A stretch of 64,000 nt of DNA from an uncultured Acidobacteriota bacterium (GCA_963827655.1 CAWHCF010000044.1:160001-224000), one strand, 5' to 3'. Shown: positions 32,599 to 42,119, numbered from the stretch's first letter. Notes: generated from the sequence alone by a model not told the origin. Numbers and translations: made by a program.

Positions 32599-32809
32599 AG
32601 TCAATGCCGCCTGCACGACTCGCCGAGGGCTTCCGGCTTGAAGTATCCATCTGAATCAACTCATATGGAAGCCACCGGTTATTGTAGAATTCTATCCCAG
32701 CATGTCTTCGGAATTGATCCCTCTCCGCGTACGTCAAGAACGAGGATCGAGAGGCGATCTGGTCTGAAACAAACCATCAATTCCGCTTTCCACGAGGAGG
32801 AGACGAATC

Positions 32810-33241
32810 ATGATCATGGCACCTAGACTTACTCTAAGCGATGCAAAGACAGTCGTGCAAGGGGCGGAGGCGAAAGCGGCGGAGATCGGGGTCGACATGG
32901 ACATCGCTGTCGTCGATGACGGAGGCCATTTGCTGGCTTTCGTGCGCATGGACCAGGCGCGAGTGACCAGCATCGACGTAGCCATCAATAAAGCTTTCAC
33001 CGCAGCCTGTGCCCGCAAAGCCACCCATGAATACGCGAAGGTCGCCGGAGCCGGAGGTCCGGCGTTCGGAATACAGTCCTCTAACCAGGGGCGCTTCATG
33101 ATCGTGGGGGGCGGCCTGCCGATCTTCATCAAGGGGACCATCGCGGGTGGGGTCGGCTGCAGCTCCGGATCTCCCGAGCAGGATCGCGAGGTCGCCCAGG
33201 CCGGCATCGATCGGTTGATGACCACGCTGGGAGAGCCGTAA
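32810..33241 (+). CDS. GlcG/HbpS-family heme-binding protein
   Basis: IAVVDDGGHL..FVRMD, AINKAFTA, GGGLPI..GGVGCSSG..QD; GAGGAG RBS. Confidence 0.9.
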   Translation: MIMAPRLTLSDAKTVVQGAEAKAAEIGVDMDIAVVDDGGHLLAFVRMDQARVTSIDVAINKAFTAACARKATHEYAKVAGAGGPAFGIQSSNQGRFMIVGGGLPIFIKGTIAGGVGCSSGSPEQDREVAQAGIDRLMTTLGEP

Positions 33242-33364
33242 GACCCGCGCACTACGACAAGAACCACCCGCCAACGCCAGGAAAACAGCGACCGAATACA
33301 AATCCGGCGTGTCATCGCTTGATTAACCATTCTTGACCAAGTATTCTTTGCGAGTACAGGACTC

Positions 33365-34323
33365 GTGCCCGAAATCGTAAAGCCCCAAACCACTATGCGA
33401 CCTTCGTTGTTAAACCTGCTGGTTTCCCCTGATGCCGGAGCCCCGTTCACACTGGTAGATCCTATCTATCAGGACGATGAGATCTTTGAAGGGTTTCTGC
33501 TCGCCGACAGAACTGGGCAGAAATTCCCGATCAAGAACGGAGTACCCTACTTTGCGCCCCAGGCAGTCAATTTCAATCCTACCGCGCAGCGCTTCGGCTA
33601 CCAGTGGAAACGTCAGGCAACCGGCGCGTTTGAGAAAGAGACGATCTATGGGCAATCCGCCACTCAAGAGTTGGAGGGTTTTCTGCAGGCAACGCGTCTT
33701 TCGATAAAAGACCTTCCTGGTTTGCGAATAGCAGATATTGGGTGCGGCAGTGGCAGATTGTCAAGCAACCTGGCGGAAGCCGGCGCCGAGGTCGTCGCCA
33801 TCGACATCAGCGCCGCGGTCGAAGTGGTCCGGGCAGAAAGAGGTCATCTTCGCAATCTGCATGTAGTTCAGGCGGATTTGTTTCACCTGCCGTTCCGCGA
33901 CCGCTCGTTCGATGTTATCTGGTCGGATGGCGTGATCCACCACACGCCGAACCCTGCAGTAGCAGTCTCGGCGCTGGCGTCAAAGGTGGCAATGGGTGGC
34001 CGGCTCGCCATCTATGTTTACCCTCACGAAACGTCGATTTACAAGCTCGTTCGACGTTGGACGCCAGGGGTTAATCGCTGGCCAATTCCCATAGTGTCGG
34101 CCTACAGCGCGGTAACGGCCCCGTTCATCTATTTTCTCCGCATCCTGCCGGTAAGCGACAGCCATATCGCCAAGTCAAGTTTCACCTCTTCGACACGCTT
34201 GCCTGTCCCTACCTGTCAATGCACTCTCCGGCTGAAGTGACAAACTGGTTTGAGAGCAACCAGTTTTACAACATAACTATGATGCAGCCCCCGATAACTG
34301 CGCTCGGCATCAAACGAGGGTGA
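33365..34323 (+). CDS. Trm112-like + class I methyltransferase fusion (frameshift near 34145)
   Basis: LLVSP..FPIKNGVP, FGYQW, DIGCGSG, GVIHHTP; the C-terminus FDTLACPY..SPAEVTNWF lies in a shifted frame ending at 34323. Confidence 0.8.
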
Positions 34324-34451
34324 CGGATCCCCCGCTTGTACCGCCGATCTTGTCGCTTTCACCGCGAAATACTTGGTAGTCGCCGAATTTTAATCACCTG
34401 ATAAGACGCAGACGAGGATCGCGCCAGTCAGACCAGACGTAGTGAGCAATC

Positions 34452-34847
34452 GTGCATTCTCGAAGCGACCTCACAGAAGCGCTTCTCAATCTCATTCGAG
34501 GCAGCGGAGTCAGGCGCGGTTCACATCAGCTGCTCCTCGACGAGACTGACGCCACTCCCCTTTTCATCGAGTTATTGCTTGAAGAGAAATTTGAGCTTGC
34601 GCGAATCGAGGAAATCGCGATCGAGCCCGGAGAGAGGGTTCCGGCTTTCTACCTGGAAAAGGGCACCGCTCACTTCGGATGGGTCTTTTGGGAAGCGTTC
34701 TTTCCCGGGCGGATGCGGAAGATCTTCGGATCCGTTCATCGAAACGAGAAGGGAGATTGGACAATCATGTTAGGTCGAAAACAACAGGTCTATGCGAACC
34801 TGATTCTCAAGGAAGCGATGGACCTCGATCATCCCTCCGAGTTCTAA
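34452..34847 (+). CDS. Hypothetical protein (131 aa)
   Basis: Clean ORF with globular composition; no family recognised. Confidence 0.6.
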   Translation: MHSRSDLTEALLNLIRGSGVRRGSHQLLLDETDATPLFIELLLEEKFELARIEEIAIEPGERVPAFYLEKGTAHFGWVFWEAFFPGRMRKIFGSVHRNEKGDWTIMLGRKQQVYANLILKEAMDLDHPSEF

Positions 34848-35324
34848 CCCGTAGCTACCTGCCGCTTTGTTCTTCCGTCGGTGCGGCTTGAGCCTTTTTA
34901 GCAGACAGGTGCCTAATAGCCTATAATTGATCGCTGCATTCAACAACAGCATGTAGCTTCCACTGGTTTCCATGCGCCAGAAGGGATTGTTGGTACAAGG
35001 GAAATTTGTCCTCGTATCCGTAAAGTAACCGGGCTCGTCCTGTCAGCGACCACCGAGTTCAAGATGCTCCCTCGAACCTGCAGCTGGCGCGTCTGAGTAA
35101 TGGAAAGCCCCGAGACCAGGCCATAGTCAAGGGGAATGGCACTGACTCCCGCCAAAGACTCCGTGGTTCGTAAATTGAATCGTTCCTTCCTCAGCGCCCA
35201 AAACGTCTTCGCAGCCGCGGGTCTGATCGCCACACCACATACCAGAACTGGACCCGAGCTTGATTTGATTTCACCGTGTTTCTATATTCTAATCATCAAC
35301 CGCCTTGGAACAGGGAGACCAGGG

Positions 35325-35723
35325 ATGCCTCTTCGGATCAATAATGAATCTTTTTGGGAGATTTCGGCAGCCTTTTTGCTCGATAGCCGCTTCCGCTTCG
35401 GCGACCGCCCAGCCGTCACCAAATTCGTATATCTCCCAACGGATGACGTGCTGGTCCTCGGAAGCGGGCGCGAAACCCCCAGCCACAAGGCATTGATGTC
35501 CTCTTACAAGGCCAAAGAGCTGACCGATACCACTCACTGGGTTCGAGGCATTGTTCTGAGGGACAAAAGAATCATCTACTATCGCCAGGGAGTCCAGGAT
35601 CTTGACTGGTACGCTCAGACAACCGAGATGTTAAAGCGAAACGGTCTGCCCGACAGCTATTCGATAGCCTGGGGACCCGATGCCAAGCAAAAGTTCAAGG
35701 ATGAACTAGCCGGATTTCCCTAG
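35325..35723 (+). CDS. Hypothetical protein (about 132 aa)
   Basis: GGGAG RBS then ATG at 35325; no family recognised. Confidence 0.55.
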   Translation: MPLRINNESFWEISAAFLLDSRFRFGDRPAVTKFVYLPTDDVLVLGSGRETPSHKALMSSYKAKELTDTTHWVRGIVLRDKRIIYYRQGVQDLDWYAQTTEMLKRNGLPDSYSIAWGPDAKQKFKDELAGFP

Positions 35724-36124
35724 GATCGATCTTCGCGCCTTCGCCCTAGATGTGGTTTGCCCAGAATCTCAGGAAGATTGGCAGAGAATTTCGACCTTGG
35801 CACCACGTGATCACACCCGGCTTGAAGGGCCGCCTGCTCCAGTTCTACCTGGACGTGGGAGAAGAAGCCGAGGACCGGGGTATCCCTGAACTTCGGATCT
35901 GACTTGATCCGCCGGATCGCGTCCAGGGGCGAACAGGCTCGGCTGTTAAGATCCAGGATGATGAGTTCAGGAGTGGACGCTGCGAGTTTTTCCGACAGCT
36001 GCCCCGCATCGAGAGCCTGAATCAGTCGCACGCCTACCCTTTTCGCGACCTCCTCAATCTTGGCCGAGAAAAAGATATCGTCTACGGCTGCAAGGACAAT
36101 ACGATCAGTAGTCGGCTGGCTCAT
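35720..36124 (-). CDS. Single-domain response regulator receiver (atypical)
   Basis: AVDD..., PELIILDL, TPVLGFFSH, AGCD.VVPRS; TATAAT ends 7 nt before the ATG. Confidence 0.8.
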   Translation of the reverse strand: MSQPTTDRIVLAAVDDIFFSAKIEEVAKRVGVRLIQALDAGQLSEKLAASTPELIILDLNSRACSPLDAIRRIKSDPKFRDTPVLGFFSHVQVELEQAALQAGCDHVVPRSKFSANLPEILGKPHLGRRREDRS

Positions 36125-36241
36125 GATTCGCATTATAGCGCACAAGCAAAAGCAGCGAGACTCAGGATCCGCCAAATGAATTGCAGCTTGCCGCCTCGTG
36201 AAGCGGCTGATATAAGTAATACCCTTTCCAGTTCGAGACGA

Positions 36242-36937
36242 ATGCTGCGAGCCATTATCTTCGACTTCAACGGAATAATCTTGAATGACGAACCGCTGCA
36301 TTTCAGCTCCATGCGCGACGTCGTCGCCGCCTTCGGAATCACGCTTTCGGCGGAGGATTACTGGAATCGCTACCTTCCCTTCAACGACGAACACTGCCTC
36401 AAAGCCGTTTGCCAGGACCGCGGCCTCGAGCTGACCAGTCTCCAGCGCGACCAGGCTCTGAAAGAAAAATCGCGGCTTTACCACGAGCGGCTTCAGAATC
36501 GGTATCCACTCTTTCCCGGGGCAGCCGACTTTGTCCGGGCCGCGTCGCAACAATACCCGCTGGCTATTGCATCCGGCGCGCAAAAGGCCGACATCGAAGA
36601 GACCTTGCGGGTGACCAACCTCCGAGATTGCTTCCGCTGCGTCGTCGCCGCCGAAGACTTCAAGCTGGGCAAGCCGCATCCGGAAAGCTTCCTCACGACG
36701 CTCGAGCGGCTCAACATTCACCTCGATGGACTTGTCTCTCCCATCCAGCCGCGCGAGTGCCTGGTCATCGAGGATGCCGTGGCAGGTGTCCAGGGAGCCC
36801 GCGCCGCGGGAATGGTATGTCTCGCGGTAAGTAACAGCTACTCACGCGAGCGTTTGTCTCAAGCTGATCGCGTGGTGCCTTCTCTGGAGGAACTCGATCT
36901 GGCTAGCCTGCAAATTCTTTTCGAGGATAAGAAGTGA
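36242..36937 (+). CDS. HAD-family phosphatase (beta-PGM-like)
   Basis: IFDFNG (DxN variant), IASGA, GKPHPE, VIEDA..GVQGARAAGM. Confidence 0.88.
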   Translation: MLRAIIFDFNGIILNDEPLHFSSMRDVVAAFGITLSAEDYWNRYLPFNDEHCLKAVCQDRGLELTSLQRDQALKEKSRLYHERLQNRYPLFPGAADFVRAASQQYPLAIASGAQKADIEETLRVTNLRDCFRCVVAAEDFKLGKPHPESFLTTLERLNIHLDGLVSPIQPRECLVIEDAVAGVQGARAAGMVCLAVSNSYSRERLSQADRVVPSLEELDLASLQILFEDKK

Positions 36938-37776
36938 TTGCATCCGCCCTGCGCGCAAGGCAGACCTTTGCGGACCTCGCTTCTCTCGAGGAAAGCGTGT
37001 TCCCGCTGGACCGGGTAGCGCTGGCCATCGCGCTCGGAGAGTACCCGGACCTGGATTTCGAACATTACTTGCGCCATCTGGATACCCTTGCGGCGCGAGC
37101 GGAGGTCCTGTTCGGTGAGGACCGCACGGCCATCAATGTGGTGGAGAGTTTGAACGAAGTGCTTTTCGTTCAGGAGGGTCTCCACGGCAACACTCAAGAT
37201 TACTATGATCCGCAAAACAGCTTTCTAAACCGCGTCCTGGATTCCAAGAATGGGATCCCGATCTCGCTGTCCGTGATCTACATGGAAGTGGCGCGGCGTA
37301 TCGATTTCCCCATCGAAGGCGTGGGCCTTCCGGGCCACTTCATCGTGAAACACACAGACAGGGAACGCGTCATCCTGCTGGACCCCTTCAACCAGGGACG
37401 TATCCTCACAATGGATAATTGTCAGGAGCTTCTCGACCGTGTCTATGGCGGTTCCGTGACTATGAATCCGACGCACCTTCACGCTATCACCAAGAAGGGA
37501 ATCGTCTCGCGCATGCTCTTCAATTTGAAAGGCATCTACTACCAGAAAGAGGAGTATCACAAAGCGCTGGACACCGTGGAACGCATCCTGCTGCTCAATC
37601 CGGGAACCCTCTCGGAGATACGCGACCGGGGCTTGCTCTTCATGCAAACGAGTCTCTTTTCCAAGGCTCTGGCCGATCTCGAGTATTACATGGCGCACGC
37701 CAGCGCGCCTGAGGACGGCACCTACATCGAAGGACATATCAAGACGCTGCGCGCCATCGTCTCCTCGAGCAATTGA
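36934..37776 (+). CDS. SirB1-family transglutaminase-like + TPR protein
   Basis: GNTQDYYDPQNSFLNRVL..GIPISL, GVGLPGHF, DPF, EIRDRGL. Confidence 0.9.
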   Translation: MIASALRARQTFADLASLEESVFPLDRVALAIALGEYPDLDFEHYLRHLDTLAARAEVLFGEDRTAINVVESLNEVLFVQEGLHGNTQDYYDPQNSFLNRVLDSKNGIPISLSVIYMEVARRIDFPIEGVGLPGHFIVKHTDRERVILLDPFNQGRILTMDNCQELLDRVYGGSVTMNPTHLHAITKKGIVSRMLFNLKGIYYQKEEYHKALDTVERILLLNPGTLSEIRDRGLLFMQTSLFSKALADLEYYMAHASAPEDGTYIEGHIKTLRAIVSSSN

Positions 37777-37799
37777 GCGGAGCCGCGTGTAACTGAAAG

Positions 37800-38807
37800 T
37801 TACTTCAGCGGAAGCGCCACAACTTCACCCGGGCGCGTTGCGTCACCATAAGCCACTTCTACAGGAGTACCGGGCTTGAGGAATTCCGTCTTCACTACCG
37901 CGAGCGCCAGCGGCTGCTGCAACCTTGGAGAAGCGATGGCGGAAGTAATCGCTCCGATTTTGCTGCCGCCTGAAAAAACCTCGGCGCCTCCGGCCGGGAT
38001 GTCCTGATGCCTGATTGTGATCGCTCCTAACCTGCGGTCGAGATGCCCGCGATGCGTGATCCGGGCGACGATTTCCTGGCCGCGATAACATCCCTTGGTC
38101 ATGCTGATGGCATGATCGAGACCCATCTCCATGGGAAGCGTCTTCTCGTCCATGTCAACTCCGTACCATGGGATTCCCGCCTCCGTCCTGAGCCAATTCA
38201 GTGCCTGGAGTCCCACGGGAGGAATCCTGCCGCTTTCAAGCCAGCGAGGCCATAAATCCGAGACCTCACCGGCCGGAACCCAAAGATCATATCCGTCGCA
38301 ACCCGTGCGATCACGGCGGACCACGACCCAATCACCTGACGAACGGGGGATCGTCCGATGCTCGAGAGTCGAAAGCGATGCCAGCGATATGCCGGCGACC
38401 TCCTCCATCCTTTCTCTCGCTCGTGGTCCCTGCAGGGAGAGAACGCCGAGTTTCTCCGTCCAGTCCTCAACCGTGACAATGTCGGAAACGATGTACTTTG
38501 TCAGAGTCTGGAACAGGCGGTCCTTGCCTGCAAGCGATGATTCCAACCACAGCTCTTCAGCAAAAGCGAGCGCGTATGCATCCGCTTCCATTCGGCCCTG
38601 GTGGGTCAAAAGAGCGGCGTAACAACCCTGCCCCTCTCCAAGTCCCTTGATGTCGTTGGACAGCATGTTGTGAAGATAGCGGACGCGATCCCGCCCCGAA
38701 ACACGCAGCTTTCCGAGGTGGCCCAAGTCCAGTCCCCCGACATCTTCTTTGACCGCACGGTACTCCTTCAGCGGGTCTTCTCCGTATTGCTCCACGACCG
38801 GCCGCAT
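37800..38807 (-). CDS. ygfZ: Folate-binding YgfZ/GcvT-family protein
   Basis: Signature KGCYRGQEIVAR; GRDRVRYLHNMLSND. Confidence 0.85.
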   Translation of the reverse strand: MRPVVEQYGEDPLKEYRAVKEDVGGLDLGHLGKLRVSGRDRVRYLHNMLSNDIKGLGEGQGCYAALLTHQGRMEADAYALAFAEELWLESSLAGKDRLFQTLTKYIVSDIVTVEDWTEKLGVLSLQGPRARERMEEVAGISLASLSTLEHRTIPRSSGDWVVVRRDRTGCDGYDLWVPAGEVSDLWPRWLESGRIPPVGLQALNWLRTEAGIPWYGVDMDEKTLPMEMGLDHAISMTKGCYRGQEIVARITHRGHLDRRLGAITIRHQDIPAGGAEVFSGGSKIGAITSAIASPRLQQPLALAVVKTEFLKPGTPVEVAYGDATRPGEVVALPLK

Positions 38808-38820
38808 GATTTTCCCCCTC

Positions 38821-38906
38821 GAGAATCAGGGACGTCCCCCTGGTCCTGGTTTCCTCGACATTAGCTTGAGCAAAACAGGGAAACTAGGGGGACGTCCCTG
38901 ATTTTC
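38821..38906. repeat. 24-bp inverted repeat (REP-like) between divergent genes
   Basis: GAGAATCAGGGACGTCCCCCTGGT / ACTAGGGGGACGTCCCTGATTTTC, 22 of 24 complementary. Confidence 0.8.
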
Positions 38907-38908
38907 CC

Positions 38909-38917
38909 TGCTATAAT
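38909..38917 (+). promoter_or_regulatory. Extended -10 promoter of the ferredoxin gene
   Basis: Perfect TGcTATAAT. Confidence 0.6.
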
Positions 38918-38939
38918 TTTGCGCTTGGAGTTCACGAAA

Positions 38940-39305
38940 ATGGGACCTTTTCAAAAACATGTTTTCGTCTGCACCAGCGGCGCCACCTGTCCCGTAGAGG
39001 GCAACTCCCAGAGCGTACATGCCCGGCTCAAGGAGCTGGTAAAAAATGCGGGCCTGAAAACAACCATCCGCGTCAATAACTCCGGGTGCATGGATCAGTG
39101 CGGGAACGGCCCCATGATCGTGGTTTATCCCGAAAACGTCTGGTACTGTCATGTGCGGGTCGAGGACGCCGATGCGATCTTCGAGGAACATCTGGTAGGG
39201 GGCCGGCCGGTCGAAAGATTGATATACCGTCCTCTGAAGCCAGGCGCCAACAAGATCTGCAAAGAAGAACCTCCGACCTCCGACAGTTCAAACCGGCAGC
39301 CTTGA
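38940..39305 (+). CDS. Thioredoxin-like [2Fe-2S] ferredoxin
   Basis: HVFVC...C...SGCMDQCGNGPMIVVYPENVWY...EEHLVGG.PVERL. Confidence 0.92.
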   Translation: MGPFQKHVFVCTSGATCPVEGNSQSVHARLKELVKNAGLKTTIRVNNSGCMDQCGNGPMIVVYPENVWYCHVRVEDADAIFEEHLVGGRPVERLIYRPLKPGANKICKEEPPTSDSSNRQP

Positions 39306-39449
39306 GGCTGCAACCAGACGAGATCTTCTTCGTGTCTTCGCGTCTTAGATCCTATGTAGGGCGGCAGCTCGCAGGGTCGAAAGAGCGGGCCGTTCTTGGT
39401 AAGCTCCTTTTGGGTTTAGTTGTCTAATCCAAAACAAAAAGGAGAAACT

Positions 39450-40605
39450 ATGACCAAGACGACCCGCAACCAACAGTATAGCGATATTCGACCGACATTG
39501 TTTATGGCATTTGAGCTAGGGATGTCGGAATGGAAACTGGGGTTCACGATTGGGCTGGGGCAGAAGGCGCGAAGGCGCACGGTAACAGCCGGCAACCTTG
39601 AAAAAGTACAGAGGGAGATCGTGGCCGCCAAGAAACGGTTCCAACTTCCGGAGACGGCCGAGGTGGTGAGCTGCTACGAAGCAGGGCGGGATGGGTTTTG
39701 GCTGCATCGATACTTGACGCAGTCTGGGATCGGGAACCTGGTGGTGGACTCAGCGAGCATTGAAGTGAACCGGAGAAAGCGGCGAGCTAAGACGGATCGC
39801 ATGGACGTGGAGAAGTTGCTGACCATGCTGATTCGGTATCAGTACGGAGAGCACAGGGTCTGGAGCGTGGTGCGAGTACCTTCGCCCGAAGAGGAAGATA
39901 ACCGGCAGTTGAATCGAGAGCTGCGCAGCCTGAAGAAGGAGAAGACGCGGACCACCAATCGCATCAAGGGACTACTGGCGAGCCAGGGGGTCAGGCTTGA
40001 GCCTGGGAAGGAGCTGTCGGACAAGAAACTGGACTCGATCAGGTTATGGGATGGCTCGCCATTGCAGCCGGGGTTAAAAGGCCGCCTGCAGCACGAGTGT
40101 GCGCATGTGGTGTTTTTGAAGCGACAGATCCTGTCGCTGGAGGGGGACCGCAGGCGCGAACTCAGAGAGGGAGAGAACCCGGACCTGGACCAGGTTCGCC
40201 AGCTTGCGTCTTTGCGCGGCATTGGTGTCAACGGCGGTTGGGTGCTGGTGCGAGAGTTCTTCGCCTGGAGGGAAGTTTAACAACCGGCGCGAAGTGGGGT
40301 CGCTGGCGGGCCTGACGCCGACCCCCTATCAGAGCGGGGAATCGAGGCGGGAGCAAGGGATTAGCAAAGCCGGCAACCGTCACGTCCGGGGGGTAATGAT
40401 TGAGCTGGCCTGGTCTTGGGTGCGCTTCCAGCCCAAGAGCAAGCTTACTCAGTGGTTCGAGGAGCGTTTCGGCGGTGCGGGCAAGCGCGTCCGTAGGGTT
40501 GGAATAGTGGCTGTGGCACGACGCCTGCTGATCGATATGTGGAAGTTCCTCGAGACCGGAGCTCTGCCCGAGGGCGCGCAACTGAAAAAAGTAGTAGTCG
40601 CTTAG
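39450..40605 (+). CDS. IS110 recombinase/transposase (frameshift near 40270)
   Basis: AFELG, CYEAG, RAKTDRMD (RuvC-like), GIG, AGLTPTPYQSG (catalytic Ser), GISKAGN, VAVARRL. Confidence 0.93.
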
Positions 40606-41000
40606 ACGGAGAGAAACCAGAACGTGAGAACGTTCGAGACCTAAACAGCCTATGAAACCTCAGGTGTTGTTTTCCTCTTGCGGCCATTGTGCTCCGGCCG
40701 GCCCCAGCGGCGTCAAGGCTAAACCCTTTGGGCGCGCTGTGCGCGGCCTTGACCCCGCGGGCCGACCGGAATTTTTGGCCGCTAAGAGGAAAACAACGGA
40801 GAGTAAACCAACTTCTCGGCATGGTGGGACTGCCCGAAAATACCACTGGTATCCGTTTTGGAACCGGTTCCTAGATGGGGCGTCCCGAAAGCGCTCGCAC
40901 ATTTTTCGCCACCGCGCGAATACAGGATTGGGTGTCCGATCACTACACGATCGGCACGGATAGAAGTTTCATTCGGGGTCTATCCCCGAATCAGACACCG
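40606..41000 (+). ncRNA. Predicted bridge/seek RNA of the IS110 element
   Basis: Target-binding loop 40826-40886 and donor-binding loop at about 40917-40975, with guide segments matching the element's flanks and ends. Transcript boundaries are inferred. Confidence 0.75.
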
Positions 41001-41102
41001 AGCCACCAGCTGCAGACGTAACCAAGGAGGTCAACCGAAGGAGCTTGACACCCAAGACTACATAGAAGTGGTATTTGTTCCGCAAGCAAGCTTGCGCCAG
41101 TC

Positions 41103-42119
41103 CTACGTTTGAATCCGAACCTTGCGCTTCGCCCTGGCATCCGCAGTTCTGGAGCCGATTTCCAAATGCGCTCGCCCCACCGACCGGAAGATGTTGGGAG
41201 GTTGCCGGGGAGCGCGAAAACGGACGCTGCAATCGGCGCGATCTGTATGATGGCAGTAGACCGCGCGTCCCGATGGCTCTTCGTACTTCGCAAGCACCAT
41301 CTCGGCCCACGGGAGCGTCAGAGCGACAACGACCTCTTCTTCTCCGAGACTCCCTTTCCACTCCCAGGGACTCTCCCACCGCTGTCCCCATGACGTCTCA
41401 GGCCGAAGCTGAAGATGTTTTTCCTTCCAGACCAGATGACCGAAACTCAAGCGATTCATTAGAAAATTCCCGACCAGATGCGGCTGGGCGATCAGTCCGG
41501 TGACGTAGGCCGCCAGGGGATCGCTTCCCTGCTCGAGAAACGAGCTGCAGTGAAACCAGACCCACTCGGCGGGATACCGCCTTCCCCAGGCGTGAATCTG
41601 CTGCCCGGTATCATTGTTGAGGATGAATGAATGATCGCGGATCTGGATCTTCCCCCCGATCGACATGAAGGGATGAGGTGTCAGCACTTTTGAACCAATC
41701 ATGCCCGTCTTGTAGAAAACCTCGGGCAAATAGTGCAGCGGATCAGTCACCGGTTCATAGACCAGGTCCCAGGTTACAGGCGTGCCATTGGCCTCGATCA
41801 TACCGGTCATGCGTCCTGATTGGAGGCTGCAGGGACCCATTTTCAACAGAAAAGGGTAGGGCTCCGCAAAGAACTGGTTCGCAGGGTATATCTGAGCCAC
41901 GGCCACATTCGCATCTCCTAAATCCGGAACATACGACGTAAACAAAACCTGGACGCTGATCTCTTCCCGGCGAGGCACCAGCAGCGAGTACTGAATCCAA
42001 AAGCCTGCTCCCGAGGTCAGCTGGTTCATGGTCGTAGACCAGGTCTCGAAATGAGAACGAGTATGGCCGTCCCAGCGCAGCCGTTTTAGCGGATCCAGTC
42101 GGGTGGCATCATCTTCCAT
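41103..42119 (-). CDS. Hypothetical protein, tocopherol-cyclase/AttH-like beta fold
   Basis: FETW..GFWIQYS, VTWDL, GQQIHAWGRRY..WVWFHC, YEEPSG..YCHHT. Confidence 0.55.
   Translation of the reverse strand: MEDDATRLDPLKRLRWDGHTRSHFETWSTTMNQLTSGAGFWIQYSLLVPRREEISVQVLFTSYVPDLGDANVAVAQIYPANQFFAEPYPFLLKMGPCSLQSGRMTGMIEANGTPVTWDLVYEPVTDPLHYLPEVFYKTGMIGSKVLTPHPFMSIGGKIQIRDHSFILNNDTGQQIHAWGRRYPAEWVWFHCSSFLEQGSDPLAAYVTGLIAQPHLVGNFLMNRLSFGHLVWKEKHLQLRPETSWGQRWESPWEWKGSLGEEEVVVALTLPWAEMVLAKYEEPSGRAVYCHHTDRADCSVRFRAPRQPPNIFRSVGRAHLEIGSRTADARAKRKVRIQT

Larger units (their letters stand above)
39347..41068 (+). mobile_element. Complete IS110-family (IS1111-type) insertion sequence
   Basis: AG core at 39347-48 and 41067-68; sub-terminal IR CTATGTAG (39352-59) / CTACATAG (41058-65); TTGACA at 41045; the flanks rejoin into an intact repeat unit. 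Confidence 0.88.

Noticed and set aside
36125-36721. 333-aa version of the receiver ORF
   Set aside because: The upstream part is antisense to the HAD gene; the domain starts at 36124.
40270-40280. Programmed ribosomal frameshift in the IS110 gene (GGGAAGTTT)
   Set aside because: Not a canonical slippery heptamer; IS110 genes are normally one ORF, and indels are pervasive in this window.
40652-40963. 103-aa ORF in the IS110 3' end
   Set aside because: Low-complexity product of GC-rich hairpins; the region is better explained as structured RNA.
39346-41066. Alternative TAGA core or target-site duplication for the IS110
   Set aside because: The empty site would be 2 nt longer than the repeat consensus; the AG core fits both the repeat and the guides.
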